From the NCBI GenBank assembly GCA_051294375.1, contig CM119269.1:6523552-6587551 (forward strand): a stretch of DNA of 64,000 nucleotides, written 5' to 3'. The notes below the pieces were generated by a model. It was not told the DNA's origin, ran no database searches, and worked only from the letters and a program-made list of their open reading frames with translations. Position numbers and translations under genes: made by a program. This document shows positions 20,817-34,427 of the stretch, in pieces. Each line of letters opens with the position of its first letter. Position 1 is the first letter of the stretch. Source of the DNA: Paraspadella gotoi. Its lineage: Eukaryota > Animalia > Chaetognatha.

Positions 20817-21468
20817 TGAAGAGACAGTATTGATTGTTATGAGTTAGTGACAGAACCGTTCAATATAAGCAGTCCCTGAGCTTCGGATCAGGCTGTAACA
20901 CCGAGTTACAGGCGGGTTAAGCGCCCCGTCCCTCTTAACTGCTAGGCGGACCCCGGGCTAGAACCCCAGACCTTTGGGTTGGGAGGCGAAATGACTTGCC
21001 TCGGCACAATGGCCGCTGATGAATGGTTGGTAGATTTTAGTCCACCATACATCCCCCCTCCCGTAGGGAGAAGTCTGTTGCTCTCTTCAGTGAATTGTTG
21101 TTGTTGGTGGAAAGTTCGTCACCAAGTTGAGGCATGTCGCCTGATGTGTTGTGGGTGGAAAGTGCATCGCCACGTTGAGGCATGTCGCCTGAAAGTGTTG
21201 TTGTTGCTGTTGTGTTTGGAAGTCGGGCTCACCAATGAAGAGACAGTATTGATTGTTATGAGTTAGTGACAGAACCGTTCAATATAAGCAGTCCCTGAGC
21301 TTTGGATCAGGCTGTAACACCGAGTTACAGGCGGGTTAAGCGCCCCGTCCCTCATAACAGCTTGGCGACCACCGGGTTAGAACCCGGACCTTAGGGTTGG
21401 GAGGCGAATGACTTGCCTCCGGCACCAATGGCCGCTGATGAACGGTTGGTGGATTTTTTAGTCCACCA
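20817..21468 (-). mobile_element. TRIM-like miniature LTR retrotransposon (mirror copy ~26647-27293)
   Basis: Two ~232-bp direct repeats with TG...CA ends (20817-21047 and 21236-21468) flank a ~190-bp non-coding interior. On the minus strand there is a PBS, TGGTGAGCCCGAC (one mismatch to the tRNA-Trp PBS TGGTGACCCCGAC), right after the 5' LTR and a polypurine tract GGAGGGGGG before the 3' LTR. No clear TSD. Confidence 0.75.
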
Positions 21469-21479
21469 TCCACCATAGA

Positions 21480-21765
21480 AGTCATCTTTCAAATTAAATT
21501 ATTTCCCAGTGAAATGGAGAAATGCAGTAATAGATATTATACCTAAGAAAGAGAAACCGCAAAATTCGGTGAAAGGATTTAAACCGATAAGCCTTTTGAG
21601 CTGGGTACTGTGTAAGTAAATTATATGAACGGTTTATTCGTGATTCTTAAACATATGGATTTTAAAAATATAAAAAACCCAATACAAGCAGGCTTTTGTC
21701 GAGGACGATCCACTCAGGAACACTTGATAGGATTGTCGGAAGACGTTGCAAGAGGTTTTCAAAAT
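21480..21765 (+). mobile_element. Degenerate non-LTR (LINE, Jockey/I-like) reverse transcriptase fragment (mirror ~26355-26632)
   Basis: Frameshifted translation FPVKWRNAVIDIIPKKEKPQNSVKGFKPISLLS...KLYERFI...QAGFCRGRSTQEHLIGLSEDV matches the N-terminal LINE RT motifs (WK.A.I..IPK, YRPISLL, Q.GFR..RST). Confidence 0.8.
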
Positions 21766-22534
21766 ATGATATGATTTCAACCAATCCCTAGATCAGCCCA
21801 ATTTGTATTGTGGTAGAAATCAAATTAATATTGCAAGTAACAATTGAACAAGATTGGAAAAAGACCCATGGCCTACACCCGGCCCGTCCTTTCTGAAAAA
21901 ATTCTAATCTAATCTAATCTTTTTTGTAAAACAAAATAACATTCAAATTAAGTTTTTTTTATATTTTAGGCTTTATTTACTAGAGGGCTCCCAAACAAAA
22001 GAGCATTCAGTGAGACAAGATAGCACTTTTGATAGTGATAGCCACACTCAATGGGGTGAGTCAAAAATTTAGAGTGAGTACAAGCTCAAACGAATATTTA
22101 GACATTTTTAAGAATACTTTCAATGAACAAAAAATTTCTAATATGGCTCTATACCCTAGTAATTAATTTTTTAATATTTATTTATAGATAGGAAAGGCCA
22201 AAAATTTTTTTGGGAATTTTTAAATTTTAAGACCAGATTCAGATAGCTCACAAAAAGTTGTCTGCACAAAATAATATTTTTACGATAAGTGTGTCAAAAA
22301 TAAGAAAAACTGTAAAAAATCATCATCATCATCATCTTTAGATGATTTTATTACATACATTAGGATTTAAATTTCATCGGCTATGGCTACAGTTTTGATT
22401 AAGTTATAAAATTTACTTACCAGATATCTTATTCTTTTTTAAGAAACAAAGAAACATGCATAATGAATTTGATCTGCACCTGCTAGATTTTTCTTTGCAC
22501 CTGCTTTTACACAAAATAGCAATTTCTGTTTAAT

Positions 22535-22862
22535 TTGAAAAAATGATACAAGTTAAAAAAATATACAATTTAAAAAAATGATACAAGTTTAAAAAAATAA
22601 TACAAGTTAAAAAATGATGCAAGTTGAAAAAATGATGAGAGTTAAAAAAATGATGCTAGTTGAAAAATGATGAGTTAAAAAAATCATGCAAGTTGAAAAA
22701 ATGATGCAAGTTGAAAAAATGATACGAGTTGAAAAAATGATTCGAGTTGAAAAAATGATACAAGTTAAAAAATGAGGCAAATTGAAAAAATGAGGCAAAT
22801 TGAAAAAATGAGGCAAGTTGTAAAAATGATGCAAGTTAAAAAAATGAAGCAAGTTGAAAAAA
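22535..22862. repeat. ~18-bp minisatellite (aagttgaaaaaatgatgc)n; mirror ~25285-25605, short copy ~44985-45030
   Basis: Visible tandem array with degenerate units and no spacers. Confidence 0.9.
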
Positions 22863-25800
22863 ATATGTAAGTATAAGGGGGTATGTTGCCTGTGATAAGA
22901 TAGGCATATAACTAGGTACCAAAAGGTTCAGTGTTTATTAATATCTTACTTGATGGTATGTTGACTTGACTTGGCATCGGTGAAAAATGCTTGCTTACTA
23001 TGTAAACTGTCTTTTATGTGTATAGCTAGTTAGCTTTGCCTGAAGTAGAGAAATGGAAACACAATTAAACACATATTTATTTTTCTCTATTATATTGTGC
23101 TTAGACCTATTGACACAATTTAGCACTATTTAATGATTAACTGTTAAGATGTTAATCTTATGCTGATTGAGCTCTGATAAGGAGAAATGGACTCTAACAA
23201 GAGAGTGCGTCCCCAAAACAAAGCTGAATAATAGTTTAACTTCTGAACAAATAAAGGAATCACTAAATATGAGCAAGTCAAATCTTTAAGTAATAAAATG
23301 TTAAGTATTATTATTAATTAATTAGTTAAAATATTACTATGACTCATTTAATCATTAACATTGCTAAAGACTATATTTAGCTACTAGAAAACTATGAAAC
23401 AAAACTAATACCGAAAAATCCAAAATGAATTAGACACATTTAGATTCAATACTGCAATAGTAAATGAGATTGAGAGATTCAATCTCATTTAAGATCATAT
23501 CAAATAATCATCTCTTACATATATTAACACATTTTTTAGGTATCATACTGGGGTAGTCAGTGATATAGTATTATAAAACCATGGTGCATATTGTTATTCC
23601 ATGACTTTTCATTCTATCCTTATGATCGCCATTGAAGATACAATTGTAGTGAAACAAACAATGGTCATGCAAAAAGCAAGTATTTTAAAGAAAGGCCAAA
23701 TTTTTCCCTCCCTTTTTCTTGCTTTCGTGCTTTCTTTCTTTCGTTTTATATATTGCTAAGAGATTTCTGTATGTCGCGTTTATAATGAAGGCGAATTAAA
23801 TTAACTCAAATTAAGCGTAGTTAAATTAATAAAAATTCTAAAAGTGAAATGAACAACATTATCAATGAACATTTATTAATAAAAAAATTATTATATTTTA
23901 ACAATTTATCGCTAGTAGGCCATATTTAATAGTGTACAAGCTATAAATGATAAATTTCAAAAGCTTTTTTACTATAATTTTGTGCAGATTTTGAGATTCT
24001 GTTCATAAAAAAGTTGATAAAAAATATAATCTTTTTGAAAAATTCTTTCATTAAGTGAGTAAAAATTAGAAAACTATATTTTAATCTGAAAAAGTTAACT
24101 TTTATTATTAAATATAGCTTTTTATTTGATCATAAAGTTAGTTTTCTTACAACTTTAACGATAGCAATCAAATTAAGTTTAAGAAAACCGTGACAATTTT
24201 GAAACATTTCGTTTATAAGGATAGTACTGATATATAAATATACGCCTACGAGGAAAATTAAAAAGCATAAAATTAATTTTTTTTACAAATTAATGTTCAC
24301 TGATGTATGTTGTTTCATAATTTGACTTTTAGAATTTTTCGTAATATAATTTTCACTAGGCCTTAATTTTGAGTTAATTAATTCGCTTCAATTAATAACG
24401 CGACATACAGAAATCTCTTAGCAATATATAAATACGAAAGAAAGAAAGCAGAAAGCAAGAAAAAGGGAGGGAAAAATTGGCCTTTCTTTAAAATACTTTG
24501 CTTTTGCATGACCTATTGTTTTGTTGCACTACAATTGTATCTTCAATGGGATCATAAAGGATAGAATGAAAAAGTCAGAATAACAATATGCAGCAGTGTT
24601 TTAATAAGTATCTATATCCACTGACTACTCGCAGTATGATACTAAAAATGTGTAATATATGTAAGAGATGATATTTGATTCTTAAATGAGATTGAATCTC
24701 TCAATCTCATTTACATATTGCAGTATGAATCTAAATGTGTCTATTTCATTTTGGATTTTGGTATGTAGTTTTGTTCATAGTTTCTAGTAGCTAAATATAG
24801 CTTTAGCATGTTAATGATAACATGGTCATAGTAATATTTTAACTAATTATTAATAATAATACTTTAACATTTATTACTTAAGATTTGACTTGCTCATATT
24901 TAGTATTCCTTTATTTGTTCAGAAGTTAACTATTATTCAGCTTTGTTTTGGGGACGCACTCTCTTGTAGAGTCCATTTCTCCTTATCAGAGCTCAATCAG
25001 CATAAGATAACATCTTAACAGTTAATCATTAATAGTGCTAAATTGTGTTCAATAAGGTCTAAGCACAATATAATAGAGAAAAATAAATAGTGTTTAATTG
25101 TGTCCTTTCTCTACTTCAAGGCAAAGCAATACTATACACATAAAGACGTTTACATAGTAAGAGCATTTTTCACCGATGCCAAGTCAAGTCAACATACCAT
25201 CAGTAAGATATTAATAAACACTGAACCTTTGGTACCTAGTTATATGCTATCTTATCACAGCAACATACCCCCTTATACTTACATATTTTTTCAACTGCTT
25301 CATTTTTTTTAACTTGCATCATTTTTACACTTGCCTCATTTTTCAATTTGCCTCATTTTTCAATTTGCCTCATTTTTAACTTGTATCATTTTTCAACTCG
25401 AATCATTTTTTCAAACTCGTATCATTTTTTCAACTGCATCATTTTTCAATTGCATGATTTTTTTAACTCATCATTTTTCAACTAGCATCATTTTTTTAAA
25501 CTCTCATCATTTTTTCCAACTGCATCATTTTAACTTGTATTATTTTTTAAACTTGTATATTTTTTTTTTAAATTGTATATTTTTTACTTGTATCATTTTT
25601 TCAAATAACAGAAATTGCTATTTTGTGTAAAAGCAGGTCAAAGAAAATCTAGCAGGTGCAGATCAAATTCTTATGCATGTTTCTTTGTTTTCTAAAAAAG
25701 AATAAGATATCTGGTAAGTAAATTTTATAACTTAATCAAAAAACTGTAGCCATAGCCGATGAAATTTAAATCCTAAATGTATGTAATAAAATATCTAAGA

Positions 25801-27699
25801 TGATGATGATGATGATTTTTTACAGTTTTTCTTATTTTTGACACACTTATCGTAAAAATATTATTTTGGTGCAGACACTTTTGTGAGCTATCTGAATCTG
25901 GTCTAAAAAATTAAAAATTTTCCAAAAAAATTTTTGGCTTTCCTATCTATAAATAAATATTAAAAATTAATTACTAGGGTTAAGAGCCATATTAGAAATT
26001 TTTTGTTCATTGAAAGTATCTTAAAAATGTCTAATATTCTTGAGCTTGTACTCACTTATTTGACTCACCCATTTGAGTGTGGCTATCACTATCAAAAGTG
26101 CTATCTTGTCTCACTGAATGCTCTTTTTGTTTGGGAGCCCTCTAGTAAATAAAGCCTAAAATATAAAAAACTTAATTGAATGTTATTTGTTTACAAAAAA
26201 GATTAGATTAGTTAGAATTTTTCAGAAAGGACGGGCCGGGTGTAGGCCATGGGTCTTTTTCCAATCTTGTTCAATTGTTACTTGCAATATTAATTTTGAT
26301 TTCTACCACAATACAAATTGGGCTGATCTAGGGATTGGTTGAAATCATATCATATTTGAAAACTCTTGCAACGTCTTCCGACAATCCTATCAAGTGTTCC
26401 TGAGTGGATCGTCCTCGACAAAAGCCTGCCTTGTATTGGGTTTTTATATTTTAAAATCCATATGTTTAAGAATCACTGAATAAACCGTTCATATTAATTT
26501 ACTACAACAGTACCCAGCTCAAAAAGGCTTATCGTTTAAATCCTTTCCCGAATTTTGCGGTTTCTCTTCTTAGGTATAATATCTATTACTGCATTTCTCC
26601 ATTTCACTGGAAATAATTTAATTTGAAAGATGACTTATATGGTGGATGGTGGACTAATAATCCACCAGCCGTTCATCAGCGGCCATTGGTGCCGGAGGCA
26701 AGTCATTGCCCCAACCCAAAGGTCCGGGGTTCTAACCCGGTGGTCGCCAAGCAGTTATGAGGACGGGGTGCTTAACCCGCCTGTAACTCGGTGTTACAGC
26801 CTGATCCAAAGCTCAGGGACTGCTTATATTGGAATGGTTCTGTCACTAACTCATAACAATCAATTACTGTCTCTTCATTGGTGAGCCCGACTTCCAAACA
26901 ACAACAGCACAACAACACTTTCAGGCGACATGCCTCAACATGGCGATGTACTTTCCACCCACAACACATCAGGCGACATGCCTCAACTTGGTGACGAACT
27001 TTCCACCAACACAACAATTCACTGAAGAGATGCAACAATTCTCCTTACGGGAGGGGATGTATGGTGGACTAAAAATCCATCAACCATTCATCAGCGGCCA
27101 TTGTGCCGGAAGCAAGTCATTCGCCTTCCCAACCCAAAGTCTGGGGTTCTAGCCCGGTGGCCGCCTAGCAGTTAAGAGGGACGGGGGCGCTAACCCGCCT
27201 GTAACTCGGTGTAAGAGCCTGATCCGAAAGCTCAGGACTGCTTATATTGAACGGTTCTGTCACTAACTCATAACAATCAATACTGTCTCTTCACTACCTT
27301 AGTTTTAAGATTACAGTGGCAAAGTATATTACTTTAGAAGTATAATCAACATTCCTGGATCAAATTTTAACGGGCTTCTTGTATACTATATTAGCACTAT
27401 TTATTGGTTATGATTGTTAAACAGAGCCATCAATTCCAGCTGACCATTTCCATTTATTTGTAGTTGAAAAGCTCGAATTGTTCCTCATCTTTTTTCCCTC
27501 ATTACAAACTCAAAACAAAATCAATTATCAAAAAAATTATACATAAAAAATAAGTACGTCTTGTCTTAAATATTCTTTTTCAAAAAAGGTTAAATCTCTA
27601 CGCGTTTTCATATGGTCATTTTTATAGCGGCGGGTTTTCAAATGGTCACGCGGTAGAGCCATATTTTCCAAGTTGATCGTCTTTTGTTTTCGTTGACAG

Positions 27700-29561
27700 A
27701 CGATGAAGAAACTGTACGACTTGAATCAGTCGATGGACAGTCTCATGACGGAGGAAAGAGTTGGACACGAGCGAATTCGAAAAGAGAGCAAAAAGTGGGT
27801 CCGATTGGTTCGTCTCTGCTCTTTTTAGCTTTTATCGCTATAAGAGCAGCTATGGTATTACTATTGTATTTAACCGTTAGTATTGCAGAATGTCATGAGG
27901 TGTTAAACAGGCAATTATTGAAGCATTTAATGTAAATTAATTTTATTCGGGAAGAGACACTTTTTATTTTATACGGTAGTAAATAATGTCAACATTTAGC
28001 CAATATATTTTATGGAAGAAAAAAATTGAATCTATGCATATTGCATAATTATATATTGTAAATATGTAAGATTTAGTATTTTTAAAATTTTTATAATATT
28101 GTATTTTCGTTTTGCGTTTAATGTTGTCAACGATCATTTTTATCTTCATTCTTTAATACTCCATCTCCTAGGCGGTGCTGCAGTAAGCATACTACATCCA
28201 CGTGAGCCCATCCTCCGTCTGGTGCCAGATCTGATGGTGAAAGGCGAGACGTTCGGCCGAGCTGGCGAGGGCCTGGTGGACGGAGAGCTGTCGCTTCCAG
28301 GAGACCTTGAAGGGGAACATCAGCTGGTCAAGCATACTTGGCCGGAGGTAGTTTCGTCCAGTTATGTCGCAGCTGAAACAGTACTAATGAAAAAAGTCGA
28401 ACAAAACACTTTGATAATTCATTAATTGGCAGCGATCCCAGTAAGTGAAGATCAGGAGCGTATTTAGCTTTCTAATCAGGGTTGTCCTCGAGGTTAATTT
28501 TCTTAAGGTATTTCTAAATACTGCTATATGTAAATGATAAAGCGAATTAAAATTTCTTATCTTTTACATTATTTTAAATCAATACAGATGGATCAGCTGA
28601 AGGAGGAGGTGAATCGTAAGTCGCGAGAGATTTTGCAAAAAGACGAAGAATTAAAGAAAACAAGGATGGAATGGAGATACTGGAAGACACAGAGGTCACT
28701 GTCAGAAGGTCATCAATGAGTATCAGGTGAGGACTGAGGAGGTCACTGTCAAGACGTAACATGGCAAGAATTAGTTAACAAATATCTGGTCCCTTTGGGC
28801 ATGGAGTAATGTGTTTCAAAAAAGGATAACTTTAGCAATACTACATCGAAATTAACAGTGAATATTTTTAATTTTTAGATTTGTCAAAGCGGGAGAAGTC
28901 GCTCTGAAGAATATCACGACGCCGTAGTGAGCAGAGAAGCGATATGGAGGTAAGGATAACCGAACCGTACGTTTTACTAAAGCCACAGACGCCGGACAAA
29001 TTACAGACTATTATTGTTAGCCTCCAATACTCCGGTTCATATCGCACTCCGCCGTGTAGGCGGGTTGACTTCCCGCCCCGCTTACAAGCATTGACATCTA
29101 TGGGGAGCGAACCCAAGGAAGTTTATTGGGATCAGGGATAGCTCGTACTTACGCCACCCGTGTTATGCGGAAGTTGTTAGACGGGTAGTAAATATGTTGC
29201 CTATGTTTAGGCGCGAAACTGAGCTGGAAAAGTTTGCATGGAAATGGCAAGATTTAATTGTTTGCTTGTTCTTTATTTCAGAATAAGACTTAAAGCAAAT
29301 GCCCAATGATGAAGACATTATTGCGTACTTGTTAAGTTAGAACGTCCAAAAGCCAATTCATACCATGTATTGTTTTGTTGTACTTGGTAGTTATCATATT
29401 CATAACAATGTAATTTGACAGTCCCCCCCTTGCGGCCCCGCCCATATTCGTTGTCAGGAAATCGTGAGCGAGACGTCGGCGACGAAACCTCGACGCTGTC
29501 GAGGATCAAGTCGCTAAAGGATCAACAGGCGGCGATCGTGCACATTATGCAGGTGGAGAGA

Positions 29562-29593
<32 letters not shown>

Positions 29594-29781
29594 TATAATT
29601 CTATACCCACCTTTCTCCCAGCAACTGTCCGACGTCCGCGCGTACGAACAGCAATTCCTTTTGCTGATCGACGACGTCACGTACAAAGATGACGTCATCG
29701 CCCACGTTGAAAATCCGAAAGTCGAAGTGAAAAGAAGATGACGGATTTGAGGAACGAGATCGCAAAGCTGACTGCAGAGAG
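27700..29781 (+). pseudogene. Inverted, frameshifted copy of six exons of the coiled-coil gene (right arm of the palindrome)
   Basis: Same exon and intron order as 20398-18207, but with many 1-bp indels and some substitutions. The downstream exons are missing after 29898. Confidence 0.8.
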
Positions 29782-31564
29782 GTGAGGCATGGATGACGGA
29801 AGAGGTCTCAAGAGGTCGTTGACAACCGAATAGAAGAAGTAGGGTTGAAGAATAACGGACTAAGATCGGGTCCCTACTGTTTTAGGATTTTCATATAAGA
29901 CACAATGGAAAAATAACGTTGGCGTAACTGTTCGTGCATAAAAAAAATTCACTGTTCATATTATTTATATTTTTTTTTATTTTTTGAAAACATTATAGTT
30001 TCATATGTCGATATCCAAAATATCAATGCAAAATCTTTTTTTGTTTTTTAGATAGACCCAAATATAGGGTGAGAAGATGATAGTTTTTTAAAAAAGTTAC
30101 TTATTCATATTTATTCCTGAATTGTAATAGAAAAAAATAAAAAAAAAATAATAGTATCAATAGTTAGTGTTATGTCTCAAATAGATGGAAAAAAAAACCC
30201 TCATTTAAAAATTCGATCGGGAAGTGGGGATAACTAAGGCTTACCAATGGCATCCTCCACGCCGATTGTTCTCTCAAATAATTTTTTTTATTAATACATT
30301 TGAAAGGGAAAAAAAAAAAAATTCAGAATGCAGGTTGTATAAAGGTACAGATAATCTGGACTTACTGACATGATAACCATGACCTTTTATATCTGTGAAA
30401 TGGAAGCAGTAAGATATCTAAAAAATATCGATCATTAAGTCAGTCAATGTACCCTTTCTAATGGGCTATTACGAGAAATAATTTTTATTAATTAAAATGG
30501 ATGATAGATAATAGAATTAAAATTTCTTGCTATATTTAAAAAAAAATTATCAATACAATTTAAAATGATGTCTGCTTTTGTCAAATATATTGCCCAGTTA
30601 TATAATTTTTTAAAACTTTATTATGAAAACAAGCAGTGTGTCAAGCTTTAGTTTGCAGTTAAAGATAATGAAAAATGCTAATTTTTTTCACAGATAAGAA
30701 GGTAGATGTCCAGACTGTTTATTAGGCCTTAGCAAAATTTTATAAAGTTTTTTACAGAATTTAGCACTATAGTACAAATTAGTCCCCTATATGCTACTAA
30801 TTTTTTTCTATCTTTGTTTTTTGAAAAAATCGATCAATAAGTGCTTGCAACTCTTCAACATTTGCAAAAAAACGGTTTTTTTCATTAAAAATGATAGATA
30901 TCTTAAAAAATATCAGTCGGAATCAAATTTAACTGCGTCAATTTAAAGAGCGGAAAAAAATACTTCATTTAACATACTTTATTTTTAAAAATCAAAAAAT
31001 ACTTTTTCCAATTATTGATGTTTAAAAACCGAATTCTCGCATTTTTAAGTCACATTTTTTTTTATTTCCCTTTATAACTTTGAAAATAATGTAAAATAAT
31101 GTATAAAACAGACTAAATCTCTAAGAGTAAACCTTGGGCTTTCCTATTGGCGTAAATAGGTATTAGTTTTTTACTTTTGTTCAGGAGCTATTAATTTTAA
31201 ATCTTGAAAAAACTTTGAAAAATATTTATTTATTATTTTTTGGTCTGTGTGGCTTACAATTTGAATGTTCATATATCTATCATTATCTACAAAACATAAG
31301 CTTTAATTTGAGACCTCTCCCAACTTTTTACGATTTTTTTCATTATTGAATTATACGTAAAAATTAAATTTTTTTTTAAAAAAAAGATTAATCAATTAGT
31401 ACTTTCAAAATACAATATTTTTTAAAAAAATAAAGATACAAAAAATACAGTTTACTTATAAGGCTTTAAAACAAATGTTTAAAATAAAAAATAATATAAA
31501 ATTATAATAAAAAATAAATAAAACAGATTATTAACTTTATTTTATTATAAAAATATTTTGAGGA

Positions 31565-32105
31565 TTTTACCGTAACGCCGTGAGCGAGCTAGTGTTTTCT
31601 GACTTGCATTTATTTATAGAGATTCGAAGAATGTAAATTTAGTAATATTTATTGTAGTAGACATAACATGAGCGTGAGACGTGAAGCAAGTAGAAGGGAG
31701 ACATAAAACAAATCGAAGGGAGAACGTATAGCAAGTCGAAGGAGACATAAAACAAATCGAAGGAGACATTATAGCAAGTCGAGGAGACTATTCTAAAGAT
31801 ACAAAAAAAGAACTTATTAAAAATAGTCAACTTTAAGCTTAACCATAAAATTACAAAATCATCATTTTTAAATGCTTACCGACTGTCACGGTATCATTGG
31901 TAAACTTATCCTCTTAGTTTTAGGTAAGCACATCTCTTTATATCTTTGGTTAAGGCACAATCATAAGGACTAACCATCAGAGAGCGACGTTAAAAATACT
32001 TGATCAATCAGATACTTCGTAAGGCAACAAAAATACGAATTCAATAATAAAAAGGGCATCAATCAACCGAGAGACTATCTCGTAACAAATAAAAATTTAA
32101 CAAAA
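31565..32105. repeat. Dispersed repeat; inverted copies at ~53250-53735 and ~56680-57160
   Basis: For example, gagctagtgttttctgacttgc and gatcaatcagatacttcgtaag are reverse complements of sequences at ~53680-53705 and ~53335-53355. Confidence 0.8.
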
Positions 32106-33201
32106 TATATGATGTTTATTTAATCTCATGTCCAGCTTTTAATATTATTTAAGTAATATCCAGAATAATAACCTGTTTTTCAAAAGTATAAATAATTATT
32201 ACTTTTTAAATGACGTATCAAATTTAAGAGCAAGATCTTGCAAAAAATAATATAATTAAATCAAAACTCTGCAAAGGCTTTTAGATAAAAAGAATAATTA
32301 AATGAACAAGAATTCACTACCAGAAATAACAAAATTTAATTTTTAATCATTTTTTCATTTGATGTAAGAATAAAATAACAGAGCAACCTAATTCAATAAA
32401 TTTTTAATAATTTTTGATTTTAAATATGAACTTAGAATGGGTTTTAGTAGTTTTATTCTTTTATTACTAGCTTATTAACTACTAGAATTGCGTTTTTTAA
32501 TGTGGATCTATAAATCAGTCCGTTTTTTTTTCCTTTTTTTTATGAATTGGTACAACCAATATAAAAAAATTATCCATTCATTTAATAAATAAGCTATCTT
32601 GCCCCTGAATTTGGACATAGGCTTTGGTGGTTTAAGGCCTCCATCACTCTTACAAGATAATGACATAGCAGGTCCCTGCAAGCTTTCAATCAAGACTCTC
32701 TCACAGTCTCGTTTATTCACTCCAGAGTACCTGGCTTCCCTATCAATGAAGTGGTATAATATTCAAGAATGTTTCAATTGTATGAAAAGACCATTCCTTA
32801 TTTATATTCGAGAAAGCAAAGTGTTTTTGAAATTGTTACAACGATTTTATTTTTATTTAAGAGACGGACATGTTAAATGTTGAAGAAGGCTTGAAGTCAA
32901 CTAGCCGAACATGTCCATATAATAGTTTCTATTACAAAGTATAAAAAAAGTGGAGAATTTGACCTTTTTTTTCCATTTTTTTGATGCTGAAAGACATTGA
33001 AATTTTTAATAACATATTTATATTTTTGATCTAACTTTTTATGAAGAATCAGAATCTTTAATAAAAATTTTTAAAAAAAATATTGGGAAATTTATGATTT
33101 TATAAGAATATTACTATAAATATAATGTAAATTAATGATACTGTTCCCAAACAATATAAGCAAAATATTTTTTGTANNNNNNNNNNNNNNNNNNNNNNNN
33201 N

Positions 33202-34078
33202 ATCATCTCTTACATATATTACACATTTTTAGGTCATCATACTGGGTAGTCAGTGGATATAGATTACTTATAAACCATGTGCATATTGTTATCCTACACT
33301 TTTCATTCTATCCTTTATGATCCCATTGAAGATACAAATTGTAGTGACAACAAAACAATAGGTCATGCAAAAGCAAAGTATTTTAAAGAAAGGCCAATTT
33401 TTCCCTCCCTTTTTCTTGCTTTCTGCTTTCTTTCCTTTCGATTTATATATATGCTAAGAGATTTCTGTATGTTGCGTTATTAATTAACGAATTATTAACT
33501 CAAAATTAAGGCCTATGAAAATTATATACGAAAATTCTAAAGTCAATTATGAACAACATACATCAGTGAAACATTAATTTGTAAAAAAAATTAATTTATG
33601 CTTTTTAATTTTCCTGTAGGCTATATTCTATATTATCATACTATCTTATAAACAGAAATTTTCAAAATTTCAGCGGTTTTCTTATAATATTGAATTTGAT
33701 TGCTCTTAGTTGTAAAGAATAACTTTTTAAAATTCTTTCTTATGATAAATTAAAAACTATATTATAAAAAAGTTTAACTTTTTCACTTAAAAAGTATCTT
33801 GTTCTAATGTTTTACTCACTTAAGAAGAATTTTTAAAAAGATTTATATTTCTTTTATCAACTTTTTGAACAAAATCAAATCTGCAATCAAAAATTATAAA
33901 AAAACTTTTGAAATTTTACATTTATGGACTTAGTACTCACTATTAAATATAGGCCCTACTGCATAAAATTTTAAAATATATATAATTTTTTTATTTAATA
34001 AATGTTCATGATATATGTTGTTCATATCTCACTTTTAGAATTTAAATTAAAGTTAAATTTAGAAATTTTACTACGCCT
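33202..34078. repeat. Third copy of the palindrome centre (reverse complement of ~23815-24670)
   Basis: It starts at a gap, matches arm sequence, runs through the asymmetric centre (aagtttaactttt at ~33770) and then continues into unique sequence instead of a second arm. Confidence 0.85.
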
Positions 34079-34232
34079 TACTCAAAATGTCACTAAACAA
34101 AACAATTTAGAGTTGTAAGTGATAAATATTACTCACTACAAAAGTAACAATTGAATGAATTGCGCAGTTGTTATGTTTTTGGGAAATGACTCCTCGAAAA
34201 GCTATGGTGTGTGTAGAGAAGAGAGAGAGAGC

Positions 34233-34263
<31 letters not shown>

Positions 34264-34427
34264 TTCAAGGTCAAGACCAGGATTTCCAAAATCTGTTATA
34301 TGTTTTCGGAGAAGACTCCTCCGAAACACTAAGCATGAGAGAGAGAGAGAGAGATCATACAGGGACTTCAACTGGAGCGATACGAAAAGACTTGATTAAA
34401 CTCGTAATTCTTTCACGGTATTATTAT

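Noticed and set aside
22535-22862. CRISPR-like regular array (also 41865-42115 and 48035-48610)
   Set aside because: The units are adjacent without unique spacers, there are no cas genes and the context is eukaryotic; these are minisatellites.
23790-24390. Poxvirus-like flip/flop hairpin telomere or viral concatemer junction
   Set aside because: The arms contain spliced host exons and host transposons, not viral genes, and the third copy continues into ordinary chromosomal sequence.
32599-32883. FTPEYLAS resembling the kinase GTPEYLAPE motif
   Set aside because: It is on the opposite strand to the kinase relic, lacks APE and has no other support. Revisit only if the segment before the 33177 gap proves to be inverted.
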